Positions 61,661 through 64,000 of a stretch of DNA of 64,000 nucleotides are shown piece after piece. The DNA is from Glaucostegus cemiculus (lineage: Eukaryota), in contig CDPCPM010000125.1 of assembly GCA_976551045.1 (NCBI GenBank), positions 186,001-250,000 on the forward strand, read 5' to 3'. A program made the position numbers and the translations under genes. Every line of letters starts with the position of its first letter. Position 1 is the first letter of the stretch. A model generated the notes under the pieces. That model saw nothing but the letters and a program-made list of their open reading frames with translations. It did not search any database and was not told the origin of the DNA.

Positions 61661-64000
61661 TCACGGCATGAACGAATAAATAGAGTCCTCCAACTCACGC
61701 CGTTTCCTGAAATATAAGCGGGAGGGAAAATCACATACCTTCTGTTCACTGGACCATGTCTATGAACACGGACATATGAATAAAAAAAACAGAAGATGAT
61801 GGAGAATATACCTGCTGCTGGATAAAAATAAATATTATTGCCGAAGGGTTGGTGAATAATTAGAAGCAGGAAATGCTTCTAGTTCCACCGACAGCAACAA
61901 ATCCTCATTCGTTAATGATTAAAAGCAGGAAACTGATGTGACCCCCCCCATGTTAAAGCAAATTCAATGCGTAAGTTAGACAAACCAGCTTTGTTCTATC
62001 CACATTATCCATATAACCAAGTAATAAAGAGGAGAAAAACCTTAGTCTGAGTACGTTTTATTTACGCAGTGTCATTACTTAACATACAGAGAAAGGAATC
62101 TTTTCAGATTGTCTTCAGTGCTTACTGCTTTTAGAAACACGGCTCTTCGTCTGTTAATTTGTATTCTAATTTGAACTTAAAATATAAAGTAAAATACGAG
62201 GAATATCTCAGCAGCCAGGCTGCATTTGAGGAGTGAGAAATTCAATTAATCTTCTGGTGGAAGAAACGTAAACTTTTGTGATTTTATTTAAATGTTCATT
62301 CCATTGTGAACTACTCCTCGGCGATATGTGTTCTGTAAGCACAGTAGCATGAACATTCACTTAATGCTTCATTTATCAAAAACTCAATCTACAGAGAAAA
62401 TCGTTTGAATAACAGAATCATTTTCAAACAGCGCTGGAAAAAGATCGCTTCTATAGGTGTAATTTAGCACAGTTAATTTGACAACGTTGCGCCAAATCTG
62501 ATGCTTAACTCATCATTTATTCTTCTCTTCACAGTGAACACGGTGGCGCTTGTAGTTCTGTCTCGGGGAAAGTGCGGTCTCTCCAAAGGTGTAACCCGTT
62601 ATCTGATGGGCATGACAACAGCAGATCTACTGGTTGTTGTTGTCGACCTAATGTTGAGACACATCCGATTGTTTTCAGGAAATATTTCCGTTTCCTATCG
62701 TCAATTCCCATCTGCAGTATCCATGCCGTTCTGCTCTATGCAGTCACAGACTGTTCCGTCTGGTTCACCGTCACTTTCACCTTTGACCGATTTGTCGCCA
62801 TTTGTTGTCAGAAACTGAAAACGAAATTTTGCACCGAGAGAACAGCGGTAGTAATTCTGGGGACAGTAATTTTTCTGAGCCTTTTAAAGAATATTTTCTG
62901 GTATTTTATGCTTAAAGGTTATTATATGTTCGATAATAATCCATACTTCTGTAAAGACAGACTGATGGTTTTGGATTCTCGTTTTTGGGCAATAATCCAG
63001 GTTGTGCATTATATGGTCACACCTTTTGTCCCTTTTGTCCTTGTTCGGTTGTTCAATGCTTTAACTGTGAGACACGCTTTGGTGGCCAGTGGAACCCGCA
63101 GGAGACTCCGGGGTTACAGCAGTAGAGAGGATTCCAACGACCCAGAGATGAAAAGCCGAAGGAAATCCCTCATTTTACTCTTCGGTATATTGGGGAATTT
63201 CATTTTTTTATGAGTTCTGTTCATCGTGTATTATTTGTGGTTCCGAATTTACTGGGCGTGGTTTCGACACGTTGATTATGCATACTCAACTTATTATGTG
63301 AACGAATTGGGTTTAATGCTCCAAGCCCTGAGCTGCAGCACAAACACGGCCATTTACACTGCGACCCAGTCGAAGTTCAGGGAGCAGCTGAAGCACATGA
63401 TGAAATATCCCTTCACTCAAATTGTAAAATTAATTTACTGCCGATAGGACAGGAAGTCTGAGGATCCCCTTCTCTGTCCTAACCTCAACTCTATGTGCGC
63501 ATAGAATAATTCTCCAAATTAAATTATTTACTCGATGAAGAGGATGGATAAAATGACTTGAATAATTAAATAGCAATTACTTGAAAGAAAACTCGTTATT
63601 AGCCCGTGTTCTCATTTTATATATGTCAAGTCTCATTCATGATACACAACATCCACAGAGGCCTTGAAATAACAACATCAAGAGGAGCTCTAGTGCAATA
63701 GAACATATTCAATGGACCTGAATGGACAATCAATGTTGTCGAACGCCATCCCAAAATATCATATGGATCGCAATGGCCGCATTTGCAGGCAATAGTAGAA
63801 AATAGGTTGTGTTTAAAAATTGCCATGGAAATAAATAGTGGAGAAAAGACTAGGCACCAAGAAGAAGGGCTAATTCTATTATTGTAGACTAGGTGGGCTA
63901 GAAAGGGTATGATGATTCCGAGTCAGAATATGATGTTGGCAACATATTTGTATTACTGATAATGACATAAATAAATAAATCTCTTCAATAGCATAACTTA

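Larger units (their letters stand above)
55280..63447 (+). pseudogene. GPR139/GPR142-like class A GPCR, two exons (55280-55436, 62535-63447), apparently pseudogenised
   Basis: Exon 1 MMDWNNQSV...IYYPILAIFAVP ends G/GTAAG. A phase-1 join at TTCACAG gives VPVNTVALVVLSRGKCGLSKGVTRYL..ADLL. TM3 reads TFDRFVAICC and TM7 SCSTNTAIY. There is a 1-nt frameshift at ~62665 and an in-frame TGA at 63211-63213. Confidence 0.88.

Noticed and set aside
63211-63213. In-frame TGA in the GPCR as selenocysteine or readthrough
   Set aside because: It most simply derives from TGG (Trp) in a TM6 context, the gene also has an upstream frameshift, and I saw no SECIS.

Overview
Eukaryotic vertebrate DNA, most likely from a cartilaginous fish (inferred from the CR1 LINE types and a two-exon GPR139-like receptor). 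Positions ~1-42,900 are a mosaic tandem array holding 41 plus-strand tRNA-Glu copies (about 24 CTC-type and 17 TTC-type, mostly alternating; about 9 near-intact, the rest decayed). Two recurring spacers separate the genes, and one young CR1 LINE is inserted in the array. After the array come the 5' end (ORF1) of a CR1, an orphan relic array unit, a solo LTR, a small tRNA-Leu group (one intact TAG gene and two relics), stacked old CR1/L1 fragments, and a GPR139-like GPCR pseudogene whose 7.1-kb intron holds a second young CR1 and an 81-nt hairpin. Nearly all short ORFs in the track are spurious. I found no convincing novel protein-coding system; the array architecture is the most notable structure. 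All alignments were done by eye.
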